Shown: positions 9,785 to 18,621 of the stretch, piece by piece
How the letters are laid out: the number at the start of each line of letters is the position of its first letter
Numbering within the stretch: the first letter of the stretch is position 1
DNA from: an uncultured bacterium
GTDB lineage: Bacteria > Babelota > Babeliae > Babelales > Vermiphilaceae
NCBI GenBank assembly: GCA_963702025.1
Contig: OY969699.1
Coordinates: 736,001-800,000 of the forward strand
Reading direction: 5' to 3'
DNA: 64,000 bases
The notes under the pieces: generated by a model
What the model was told of the DNA's origin: nothing
Database searches by the model: none
Seen by the model: the letters and a program-made list of their open reading frames with translations, nothing else
Made by a program: the position numbers and the translations under genes

Positions 9785-12037
9785 ATGAAAAAGCTGTTAA
9801 TTGTAGAGTCGCCAGCCAAGATTAAAACAATCAGTAAATTTTTGGGAAAAGATTTTAAGATCATGTCCACCATGGGGCATGTCAAAGATCTGCCTACCAA
9901 AAAGACTGGTGTTACTATTAATGGCTCTATAAATATTGAATATGTTCCTATTGAAAATAAAGATAAAACGATTGCAGAATTATGCAAAGCAGCCTCTGCG
10001 TCTGATGAAATTTACTTGGCTCCCGATCCTGATCGTGAAGGTGAAATTATTGCCTGGCACGTGGAACAAGAGATAAAGAAAGTTGCCAAAAAAGCAAAAA
10101 TTCATCGCATTACGTTTAATGAAATTACTAAGTCCGCTATTCAAGAAGCAATCGAACACCCGGGCGATGTTGATATGGACAAAGTTGCTGCGCAACAAGC
10201 GCGGCGTGTACTCGATCGATGGGTGGGTTATGAAGTTTCACCTATTTTATGGGTTAAAATTGCTCCCGGCCTTTCAGCCGGGCGCGTGCAATCGGTTGCG
10301 TTGCGATTGATTTGTGATCGCGAAGAAGCAATTCGTGCCTTTAAACCGGAAGAATATTGGTCAATTACCGGTCTTTTTAAACATAAAGATGGCACCATCG
10401 AAGCGGCACTTACGCTGATTGGTAAAGAGAAAGCAGAAATTACCAATAAAAAAGATGCTGATGATATTGTTGCCAAGATAAAAAAGGCTGAATATGCCAT
10501 CGAATCAATAACTGATAAAGAGCGCACCAGAAATCCGTTGCCTCCTTTTATGACGAGTACATTGCAACAAGCAGCCTTTAATCAGTTAGGCAATTCGGTT
10601 AAAAAAACGATGCAATTGGCACAGCAATTATATGAAGGTGTGCCACTGGAAGATGCATCAACCCCGGTTGCGTTAATCACCTATATGCGTACCGATTCAT
10701 TGCGCTTATCCGATACGGCCCTTAAGCAAGCGCGCGAATTTATTAGCAAAAATTTTGATAAAGAATATTTGCCGGCAACTGCCAATCAGTATGCAAAATC
10801 AAAGGCAAAAGAAGGCGCCACGCAAGATGCTCACGAAGCGGTGCGCCCTATCGATGTAACTATTACTCCCGAAAAAGCACGTAAATTTTTACCAAAAGAT
10901 TTAGCAAATCTTTATGAACTTATTTGGAAACGATTTGTTGCTTCACAAATGAAGCCCGCTCTCTATGCGCAGCGTCAAGTTGTTATTAAAGGTGGCCAAT
11001 TTATCTTTAAGGTAACCGGTTCAACACTGATCTTTGATGGCTTTTTGAAAGTTTATAACGTTGCTGAAGATGAAGATGAAAAAGAAGGCAAGGTTGTTTT
11101 ACCAAAAAGTATCAAAAAAGATGATGATTTAGCTTTGCAAAAAATAAATCCAAAGCAGCATTTTACTCAGCCGCCGCCGCGCTTTACCGAGGCATCATTG
11201 GTGAAGGATTTAGAAAAAGAGGGCATTGGCCGACCAAGTACTTATGCCGCCATTATGAATACGATTCGCGCACGGCAATATACCACTGTTGATACCAAAA
11301 AGCGCTTTAACCCTACCGAATTGGGTATGACCGTTACCAAAATGCTCGTGGAAAATCTGCCAAAAATCATGGACATTAAATTTACTGCTCATATGGAAGA
11401 ACATCTTGATAAAGTTGCGCAGGGTGAATTGGAACGCGATACTCTGTTACGTGGTTTTTATGAACCCTTCAGCCAAGATGTGCAAACCTTTAAAGGGCAA
11501 GATGGCAAACGAGTTGCTGAGCCAACTGAAATTACGTGCCCTGAATGCAAGAAGAATAAACTTGCCATTCGCTTTGGTAAAGCAGGGGAATTCTTGGGCT
11601 GTTTAGGCTACCCAAAATGCAGTTTTACCACTAATTTTAAGCGTAATGAGCAGGGGCAAATAGAGCTTGTAAAAGCAGCCGAACCTGAGATGCTCGCAGA
11701 AAAATGTCCTCAGTGTGGCAAGGCTTTACGACGTTTAGTGGGCAAATTTGGCCCCTTTGTGGCCTGTTCGGGCTACCCTGAGTGTAAGTATATCCATCAT
11801 GTAAAAGCTGGCTTTCCCTGCCCATTTGATGGGGGCGAGGTGGTTCAAAGAAAATGGCGAGGGGGCACCTTCTGGGGCTGCAATAACTATCCAAAGTGTA
11901 AATTTGCCGTTTTTGGGGATATTGAAGAAATCCCATGCCCTCAATGTAAACTGCCTTTCTTAGTTAAGAAGACTGATAAAGAGGGGAGAGTTACCCTGTT
12001 TTGCTCTGATAAAAAATGTGGCTATATCAAGGAATAG
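9785..12037 (+). CDS. topA: DNA topoisomerase I
   Basis: LIVESPAK, DPDREGE, SAGRVQS, ITYMRTD, C-terminal zinc ribbons. Confidence 0.98.
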   Translation: MKKLLIVESPAKIKTISKFLGKDFKIMSTMGHVKDLPTKKTGVTINGSINIEYVPIENKDKTIAELCKAASASDEIYLAPDPDREGEIIAWHVEQEIKKVAKKAKIHRITFNEITKSAIQEAIEHPGDVDMDKVAAQQARRVLDRWVGYEVSPILWVKIAPGLSAGRVQSVALRLICDREEAIRAFKPEEYWSITGLFKHKDGTIEAALTLIGKEKAEITNKKDADDIVAKIKKAEYAIESITDKERTRNPLPPFMTSTLQQAAFNQLGNSVKKTMQLAQQLYEGVPLEDASTPVALITYMRTDSLRLSDTALKQAREFISKNFDKEYLPATANQYAKSKAKEGATQDAHEAVRPIDVTITPEKARKFLPKDLANLYELIWKRFVASQMKPALYAQRQVVIKGGQFIFKVTGSTLIFDGFLKVYNVAEDEDEKEGKVVLPKSIKKDDDLALQKINPKQHFTQPPPRFTEASLVKDLEKEGIGRPSTYAAIMNTIRARQYTTVDTKKRFNPTELGMTVTKMLVENLPKIMDIKFTAHMEEHLDKVAQGELERDTLLRGFYEPFSQDVQTFKGQDGKRVAEPTEITCPECKKNKLAIRFGKAGEFLGCLGYPKCSFTTNFKRNEQGQIELVKAAEPEMLAEKCPQCGKALRRLVGKFGPFVACSGYPECKYIHHVKAGFPCPFDGGEVVQRKWRGGTFWGCNNYPKCKFAVFGDIEEIPCPQCKLPFLVKKTDKEGRVTLFCSDKKCGYIKE

Positions 12038-12070
12038 CTGTCCTTAAATTACGATATCTTTCAGGTTCAA

Positions 12071-12184
12071 GCGCTCGTTCATGGTGACCCTTCGAGATGC
12101 AGCTTCGCTGCTCCTCAGGATGAGCCGGAAGGACGCGTTTACTCCCGAGCGCTAGTCGAGGGGTTTAGCGAAGGCTGGGTCGAA
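12071..12184. repeat. Composite palindromic repeat
   Basis: CCCTTCGAG...CTCAGGATGAGC + GGAAGGACGCGTTTACTCCCGAGC...GTCGAGGG, shared with 30776-30850 and 40666-40740. Confidence 0.8.
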
Positions 12185-12191
12185 TTATTAT

Positions 12192-12219
12192 TTGACAAAT
12201 AGATAATATTTGCTATCAT
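12192..12219 (+). promoter_or_regulatory. Putative sigma70 promoter of ankyrin/LRR cluster
   Basis: TTGACA-16nt-TATCAT. Confidence 0.45.
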
Positions 12220-12257
12220 GAAATTATAATAATGCTAAATATCATATGGAGGTTTAT

Positions 12258-12971
12258 ATGAAAAAGCACAGTACATTTATTCTGGCCGGATTGGTTTTCT
12301 TGCCTGTATTTCCAATGGAAAATACATCTAAAACTGAACTGCATACTGCTGCAGCAAATAGCTCATTAAAAAATAAAGTACAAAAAATAATTGAGTCGAA
12401 TCCAGTGCAAATACATCAAAAAGATGGCGATGGCAATACCCCATTGCACGAGGCTGCTTATTATGGTTGTACAGAAAATGCTGATCTTTTACTGCGATAC
12501 GGGGCTCAGGTTAATTCGCTGAACTATAAGGGCGAAACGCCGTTGGATAAAGCACATTATAAGTGCCAGTATGCGCTGGAGAAATTACTCAAAAAACATG
12601 GTGGCCAGTATTCAAAATATAAAGATTCTCTCAAAGAACTTGATATCTTATTATGGCAAGCAAGTGGAAATTTTGATTATGAAAAAATGCTTGATCTTCT
12701 CAAGCGTGGCGCTAATCCCAATGCAATGCATGATGATGGCAGTGGTGTTAAAATGACGCCTCTTGCTAGAATTGCGCGATCTGCCGATTACACAACACCA
12801 CATAAGGTTATGCAGGTTTTATTAGATTATGGTGCTAACATAAATCTAGAAGATAGTGCAGGCTGGACCCCTTATGGAAGAACATCGCAAGGTGCAGATA
12901 GCCAAACCGGTGACTCTATTGGAAAATTCTTTAGTCAAAGGAATGCAAGATTTAAAAAAGGAAGCATTTAG
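12258..12971 (+). CDS. Secreted ankyrin repeat protein
   Basis: GNTPLHEAA, GETPL, GANPN, GWTP; signal peptide; GGAGG RBS. Confidence 0.9.
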   Translation: MKKHSTFILAGLVFLPVFPMENTSKTELHTAAANSSLKNKVQKIIESNPVQIHQKDGDGNTPLHEAAYYGCTENADLLLRYGAQVNSLNYKGETPLDKAHYKCQYALEKLLKKHGGQYSKYKDSLKELDILLWQASGNFDYEKMLDLLKRGANPNAMHDDGSGVKMTPLARIARSADYTTPHKVMQVLLDYGANINLEDSAGWTPYGRTSQGADSQTGDSIGKFFSQRNARFKKGSI

Positions 12972-13016
12972 CACATACACTCAAAAAAAATATAAATGTA
13001 TAAAATTGGAGGAATT

Positions 13017-14282
13017 ATGAAATTACATAAATCAGTACTATTAATAACCGGTTTGATTTCCGCAATGCATGCAAGTGGCATGCAGCCGGTGCAATATCTA
13101 AGAAATGCGCAGCAAGAAATACTCATTCAGTTGGTAAGCTCAGAAAAGACATCCGTATTCGTACCGAGGGAAAGTGCATTGCAAGCCGCCACTCTGGCGA
13201 CTATTTTAAACCCCCCGCAAGAAGCAGGAACATTCCAAGAAACTCAGGCAAAAAGTATCACATTGAGAGCAATTGATAATGCAACGCTTAATATTGTTGC
13301 GCAAATTATGCGCTCAGCTGATTGCCATCATGAGTTGAAGGGGAAAGCATTTTTAGATGCAATAAGCAAAGAAATTACCATTAACGATGACCAGATTATT
13401 CCGGTATTGAATGCATGCAATTTTCTTGATTATGCTCCGGGAATCAGATTAATTGCTATGGAAATGATCAACAAGCCAGCGATTATTAATCATGTAATAA
13501 AGAGCATTCAAACGAATCAACTTTCTGATGATACTGCCAAGCAAATAGCAAAAATCTATTATTTGATTACGCAGAAGGATCTTGAAGGAGTTGATAAAAA
13601 ACCGATTGTTACAATTGGTTTTTCAATCCGTGATTATCTTGAATATTTGCCTGATGTTATCAAAAAACGTAAAACTGAGACTGAATTAGATCTAAGTGGC
13701 TTGCGGCTCAATGATACTGATGGATTACGAGATATTCCTGACATTAATAATCTGCAATATTTATTGCTTTATAGCAATCAGCTGACGCAATTGCCTGCTA
13801 CGCTTTTTAATGGGCTTAATAATCTGCAATATTTATACCTTCATAACAACCAACTGACGGAATTGCCTGCTACGCTTTTCAATGGCCTTAATAATCTGCG
13901 AGTACTACATCTTGATAACAATCAACTTACGCAGTTGCCTGCTACGCTCTTCAATGGGCTTAATAATCTGCAAGAACTATATCTTATGAGTAACCAACTG
14001 TCGAAATTGCCTGCTACGCTCTTCAATGGGCTTAATAATCTTCAATTGCTATATCTTGATAACAACCAACTGACAGAATTGTCTGCCATGCTCTTCAATG
14101 GTCTTAATAATTTGCGATATTTATCGCTTTCTAACAACCAACTGACGGAATTGTCTGCCATGATCTTCAATGGGTTTAATAATCTGCGAGTATTAACTCT
14201 TTTTAATAACCAACTGACCGATGAAAACAAAGAACAGCTAAGGAATGCATTGCCTAGGATAACTTTTTTAAATTTAGATTAA
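13017..14282 (+). CDS. Secreted Skp1/BTB-like + leucine-rich repeat protein
   Basis: Signal peptide, IQLVSSE...IDNATL...LNACNFLD segment, seven 24-aa LRRs. Confidence 0.88.
   Translation: MKLHKSVLLITGLISAMHASGMQPVQYLRNAQQEILIQLVSSEKTSVFVPRESALQAATLATILNPPQEAGTFQETQAKSITLRAIDNATLNIVAQIMRSADCHHELKGKAFLDAISKEITINDDQIIPVLNACNFLDYAPGIRLIAMEMINKPAIINHVIKSIQTNQLSDDTAKQIAKIYYLITQKDLEGVDKKPIVTIGFSIRDYLEYLPDVIKKRKTETELDLSGLRLNDTDGLRDIPDINNLQYLLLYSNQLTQLPATLFNGLNNLQYLYLHNNQLTELPATLFNGLNNLRVLHLDNNQLTQLPATLFNGLNNLQELYLMSNQLSKLPATLFNGLNNLQLLYLDNNQLTELSAMLFNGLNNLRYLSLSNNQLTELSAMIFNGFNNLRVLTLFNNQLTDENKEQLRNALPRITFLNLD
13745..14220 (+). repeat. 72-bp LRR tandem repeat array
   Basis: Repeated CTTAATAATCTGC...CAACTGAC...TTGCCTGCTACGCT units. 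Confidence 0.85.
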
Positions 14283-14296
14283 AAATGTGAGGAATT

Positions 14297-15562
14297 ATGA
14301 AATTACATAAATCAGTACTATTAATAACCGGTTTGATTTCCGCAATGCATGCAACCGGCATGCAGCCGGTGCAATATCTAAGAAATGCGCAGCAAGAACT
14401 AGTATCATCCATGATCGAATTGGTAAGCGCGCAAGATAAATCAGTATTTGTACCAAGAGAAAGTGCATTGCAAGCCGCTACTCTGGCGACTATTTTAAAC
14501 GCTGCGCAAGAAGCAGGAGCGTTTCAAGAAGCACAGACAAAAAGTATTCCGTTAAGAATAATTGATACTGCAACGTTGGAAATTATTGGGCAGATTATGC
14601 ACTCGGCTGATCGCCATAGCCAGTTGAAAGGAAAGGCATTTTTAGAAGCAATAAGCAAAGAAATTACCATTGCCGATGAACGGTTTATTTCCGTATTAAA
14701 TGCATGCAATTTTCTTGACTATGCTCCCGGAATCAGATTAATTGCTATGAAAATGATCAATAGGCCTACCATTATTGAGCAGGTAATAAAACTTATTCAA
14801 TCAAATCAGCTTTCTGATGATACTGCCAAGCAAATAGCAAAAATCTATTATTTGATTACGCAGAAGGATCTTGAAGGAGTTGATAAAAAACCGATTGTGA
14901 AGATTAGTTTTTCAATCCGTGATTATCTTGAATATTTGCCTGATGTTATCAAAAAACGTAAAACTGAAACCAAATTAGATCTAAGTGGCTTGCGGCTCAA
15001 TGATACTGATGGATTACGAGATATTCCTGGCCTTAATAATCTGCAAGTTTTATGGCTTTATAGCAATCAGCTGACGCAATTGCCTGCTACGCTTTTTAAT
15101 GGGCTTAATAATCTGCAATATTTATACCTTCATAACAACCAACTGACGGAATTGTCTGCTACGCTCTTCAATGGCCTTAATAATCTGCAAGTTTTATGGC
15201 TTTATAGCAATCAGCTGACGCAATTGCCTGCTACGCTTTTTAATGGGCTTAATAATCTGCGAGTATTAAATCTTTCTAACAACCAACTGACGGAATTGTC
15301 TGCTACGCTCTTCAATGGCCTTAATAATCTGCAAGTTTTATGGCTTTATAGCAATCAGCTGAGTGAATTGTCTGCCATGCTCTTCAATGGTCTTAATAAT
15401 TTGCGATATTTATCGCTTTCTAATAACCAACTGACGGAATTGCCTGGTACGCTCTTCAATGGGCTTAATAATCTGCAATATTTATCGCTTTCTAATAATC
15501 AACTCACCGATGCTAATAAAGAGCAAATAATGAATGCATTGCCTGGGGTAAATATTTTTTAA
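14297..15562 (+). CDS. Secreted Skp1/BTB-like + LRR protein (tandem paralog)
   Basis: Near-identical start and middle to the 13017 gene; seven 24-aa LRRs. Confidence 0.88.
   Translation: MKLHKSVLLITGLISAMHATGMQPVQYLRNAQQELVSSMIELVSAQDKSVFVPRESALQAATLATILNAAQEAGAFQEAQTKSIPLRIIDTATLEIIGQIMHSADRHSQLKGKAFLEAISKEITIADERFISVLNACNFLDYAPGIRLIAMKMINRPTIIEQVIKLIQSNQLSDDTAKQIAKIYYLITQKDLEGVDKKPIVKISFSIRDYLEYLPDVIKKRKTETKLDLSGLRLNDTDGLRDIPGLNNLQVLWLYSNQLTQLPATLFNGLNNLQYLYLHNNQLTELSATLFNGLNNLQVLWLYSNQLTQLPATLFNGLNNLRVLNLSNNQLTELSATLFNGLNNLQVLWLYSNQLSELSAMLFNGLNNLRYLSLSNNQLTELPGTLFNGLNNLQYLSLSNNQLTDANKEQIMNALPGVNIF
15029..15506 (+). repeat. 72-bp LRR tandem repeat array
   Basis: QVLWLYSNQ-coding unit present three times. 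Confidence 0.85.
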
Positions 15563-15582
15563 ATTGATGGTTTTATGCCATC

Positions 15583-16014
15583 TCAAGAACCTTTTTTTTC
15601 GGGGTATTTGGCAGCAAGTTGCGCTTTCCACTTTTCAACTTCTAATTCTTCAGAAAGTGTGAGCGGTTGATTGCATGCCTTTTTTAACGCTAATAGTGGG
15701 CCCAACTCAGCAACCCCTTGTTTTAATTGTTCCGTTTCTTGGGGTGTTGTTTCACCAATCGCAAATTTAACTTTAAGGGCAGAATCAGTTTCTATTGGAA
15801 GATTCTTTGGTGACTTCACCAGAAATGGTCCCTGATACCGGCCGGATGTTTTATATTCTTGGAGAGCCCTGAGATGTTGGAAGGTGAATAATTCCTCGAG
15901 TGTGTAGCGGGCTTTTCGTTTATTGGTTCTTTGGAGTTGTAAACATTTTTCCATGCTGTTGAGAATAGGTGCAATGAGCATGATGGCGATTAAAATATTG
16001 AAACACTTTTGCAT
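15583..16014 (-). CDS. Hypothetical secreted protein
   Basis: 143 aa, signal peptide LNS-ME. Confidence 0.65.
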   Translation of the reverse strand: MQKCFNILIAIMLIAPILNSMEKCLQLQRTNKRKARYTLEELFTFQHLRALQEYKTSGRYQGPFLVKSPKNLPIETDSALKVKFAIGETTPQETEQLKQGVAELGPLLALKKACNQPLTLSEELEVEKWKAQLAAKYPEKKGS

Positions 16015-16025
16015 AAAAATATCTT

Positions 16026-16787
16026 CTATTTAATACGTATATTCAATTTTCGTAACTCAATTTCTGCGCGCATCGGATTAAACGCCGCAACTTTTGTATC
16101 AAGCCGGGCATACCGAATACCAACAAAAGACACGTCAGGGTGTAAAATTTGTTGTATCGAGTGCAAATGTATTTCTTTATCATCCACTGCAATTATTTTG
16201 CGCGGAACAAATGAGAGATGATTTAAAACGTTATGTAATACAGTGCCTTTATCATTGCCATGGCAGAAAACAGTGCCATTTTTATAGCGATATAGGATAT
16301 CGCCAGTACTCGTAAATTCTTCGTGCCAGATTCCTGATCGTGAGAAATCGATGCCGATAGCCTTAAGTTGTTCAAGGGTGCGATCACTAATTTCTAAAGA
16401 TCGGGCCGTTACGGCAATAACGCTAAACCCATTTTCTTGGAGAAAGTCAATAAGTTCAATTGCTTCTTGCTCAATGAGCGCTAATTCAATGTTGTTTTGA
16501 ATCTCGATATACAGCGGCTTAATAGTATGCCATGCGGTATGTGCGTCCATTCCCCGCAGCATTAGTTTGTTGATCTCATGCGTAACCCACTCATCACTGC
16601 CAATGCAATAATCTCGGGGCGCGGCTAGCGTGTTATCGATATCAAAAATAATCACCGTATGTTTATGAAAATCCAGCTCGTGCAAATAATGTAACAGTGC
16701 GGTGATTTTATGGTGCTCAACAATAGTATGGGGAGCGTAGAGGGTAAATGAAAGTATTAAAAAAAGACCGTAGAGTAATCGTTTCAT
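16026..16787 (-). CDS. DUF2608 family HAD-like protein
   Basis: IFDIDNTL, VTAR, DKG, VDD motifs; signal peptide. Confidence 0.8.
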   Translation of the reverse strand: MKRLLYGLFLILSFTLYAPHTIVEHHKITALLHYLHELDFHKHTVIIFDIDNTLAAPRDYCIGSDEWVTHEINKLMLRGMDAHTAWHTIKPLYIEIQNNIELALIEQEAIELIDFLQENGFSVIAVTARSLEISDRTLEQLKAIGIDFSRSGIWHEEFTSTGDILYRYKNGTVFCHGNDKGTVLHNVLNHLSFVPRKIIAVDDKEIHLHSIQQILHPDVSFVGIRYARLDTKVAAFNPMRAEIELRKLNIRIK

Positions 16788-16795
16788 GAATTTTC

Positions 16796-17092
16796 CTAAC
16801 GATGAAATAGAGGTTTTGTAAAACGAATTGTAACGATTCTTCTAAAAAAGTCCATAAAAAAAGCTGCGCAAATCCAAGTAATTGGCCATAAATCCGGTAC
16901 AATGTGATCAAAGAAAGCACTTATGGTGCCAAGAGTACCACCAATAAGCATGCCGGGTATTACTGAGCGCAGATATTTTGCCTCAAGATCTTCGGCCTCC
17001 ATTTCATGTTCTTGATACACGGCAGCACAATGACCAGCATTAATCAAATTTGGCATTACAAACAATAAACTTAGCAGATACATTTTTTTCAT
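16796..17092 (-). CDS. Hypothetical membrane/secreted protein
   Basis: 98 aa, GAGG RBS, signal peptide and TM segments. Confidence 0.55.
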   Translation of the reverse strand: MKKMYLLSLLFVMPNLINAGHCAAVYQEHEMEAEDLEAKYLRSVIPGMLIGGTLGTISAFFDHIVPDLWPITWICAAFFMDFFRRIVTIRFTKPLFHR

Positions 17093-17190
17093 ACATTCCT
17101 CTTTAAATTATTCTGGATTTAAGCATACTTATGGTGTAAAAAAACTATCTCTCAGAATACACCTATTTCAATCATTTTAACATTAAGGAT

Positions 17191-17775
17191 ATGCCAATGA
17201 AAAAAGCAAGACTCGTTTTAATAGCCGGCGCAACCATTGCCGCTTCAGCATTTTGCATGGAAGAACCACCAAAAACTATTATTGAATCAGATTCAACACA
17301 AATAACAGCAGAAACTTATGTCAAAGTTACCTCTTTGTTACGTGCATTTATGCAGGGTACCATCGAGGCTAACCAAGACGGCACGGTACTCTATCGCAAA
17401 TATTCCGATTCTTCTACAGCATATAAATACTCATTACAACATGCCGCCAAGCAATTGAAAGAACTTTATAATGCAATTATTCACATAGAGAGTGGATGGC
17501 AGCAATTTCCAGAAGAAAAATTAGGAGCTGAATACAATTCAAAAAGCGAGGAAATAAAAGCTCACAGTGAATTGCGCGAGTTCTATAGATTTATGGAAAA
17601 CGAAGATATATTTAATGTGACAAATGCAATAAGACAAACAATTATTGAGAATAGAGATACATTAAAAAAAGCATTCAAAGCAGCCGAAGAAAGCACTGCT
17701 GTATCCGATGTTGCTCGCCAGATCAATGAAGCCCGCAAAAAAACCTTGCGTCCACCTGCTCCGATAATTAAATAA
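17191..17775 (+). CDS. Hypothetical secreted protein
   Basis: 194 aa, signal peptide AFC-ME. Confidence 0.7.
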   Translation: MPMKKARLVLIAGATIAASAFCMEEPPKTIIESDSTQITAETYVKVTSLLRAFMQGTIEANQDGTVLYRKYSDSSTAYKYSLQHAAKQLKELYNAIIHIESGWQQFPEEKLGAEYNSKSEEIKAHSELREFYRFMENEDIFNVTNAIRQTIIENRDTLKKAFKAAEESTAVSDVARQINEARKKTLRPPAPIIK

Positions 17776-17793
17776 CTCATTAGATTTTGATCA

Positions 17794-17828
17794 TAAAAAA
17801 AGCACTGAGAAATTCAGTGCTTTTTTTA
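17794..17828. terminator. Bidirectional intrinsic terminator
   Basis: TAAAAAAAGCACTGA-gaaat-TCAGTGCTTTTTTTA between convergent genes. Confidence 0.85.
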
Positions 17829-17853
17829 TTCTGTTAAAACTTCAAAGAAATTG

Positions 17854-18147
17854 TTATTTCTTTTTTGCCGGCGCCTGTTCTTTTTGCAGTGCCGCAACTT
17901 TTTTGGCTAAACGGCCAATTTTACGCTGCGCGGTGTTGGCATGAATAACGCCTTTTCCTTTAGCGCGCGATAATTTTGATTCAGCATCTTTGAGCAATTT
18001 TTGGATTGCTTCTAACGATTCACTTTTTTCAATAGATGTTAGAACTTTTTTTACTGCTGTTTTAATAGAAGTGCGACGCGCTAAATTACGCGCTCTTTTG
18101 ATCTCATTTTGGCGAGCTTGTTTCTTTGCCGATTTGGTGTTTGCCAT
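17854..18147 (-). CDS. rpsT: 30S ribosomal protein S20
   Basis: MANTKSAKK...KGVIHANTAQRK. Confidence 0.97.
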   Translation of the reverse strand: MANTKSAKKQARQNEIKRARNLARRTSIKTAVKKVLTSIEKSESLEAIQKLLKDAESKLSRAKGKGVIHANTAQRKIGRLAKKVAALQKEQAPAKKK

Positions 18148-18166
18148 TTCCAAGTATCCTTATGAA

Positions 18167-18370
18167 TTAAACAACTTTCTTAATTTTTCCAGCCTTCAAG
18201 CATTTGGTGCACACTTTTGCATTGCACACTTTACCCGAAATATCTCCGGTATGTGTAAAACGCATCTTCTGTACGTTTGGATACACCCACCGCTTAACTT
18301 TGTTATTGGCGTGGCTTACCAGGTTTGCTACGTGCGGGGCTTTTCCGCATACTGCACATATTCTTGCCAT
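18167..18370 (-). CDS. rpmB: 50S ribosomal protein L28 (Zn-binding type)
   Basis: [10 protein letters not shown]...VSHANNK...PNVQ...CTKCLK. Confidence 0.97.
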   Translation of the reverse strand: MARICAVCGKAPHVANLVSHANNKVKRWVYPNVQKMRFTHTGDISGKVCNAKVCTKCLKAGKIKKVV

Positions 18371-18415
18371 TGTGTTTAAGTCCTTTCTAACAGCTTTTTA
18401 ACTTTTTTTACTAGG

Positions 18416-18562
18416 ATGGTTCGATACAATTGCTTCGCAATTACTCACCACGAACGGATCAACGTGTTCAGCATGAGCGGAGGGTTTCCGTTCGTCCCGA
18501 GCTTGTCGAGGGATCGCTCTAAGTAGCCCACCAAAGTTTTAACGAAGGCCGGGGTATCAAAA
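18416..18562. repeat. Composite palindromic repeat
   Basis: GGTTCGATAC-hairpin-TACTCACCACGAACGG; CCGTTCGTCCCGAGCTTGTCGAGGG; ...CGAAGGCCGG. Confidence 0.8.
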
Positions 18563-18621
18563 GATATTATTTATTAATAATCTACAATAATAGCGATTTT
18601 TTTCAATGTATACATGCGATT

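Noticed and set aside
13745..15506. Regularly spaced repeats resembling a CRISPR array or DGR
   Set aside because: 72-bp in-frame LRR units without unique spacers; no cas or reverse transcriptase gene, and differences are not adenine-specific
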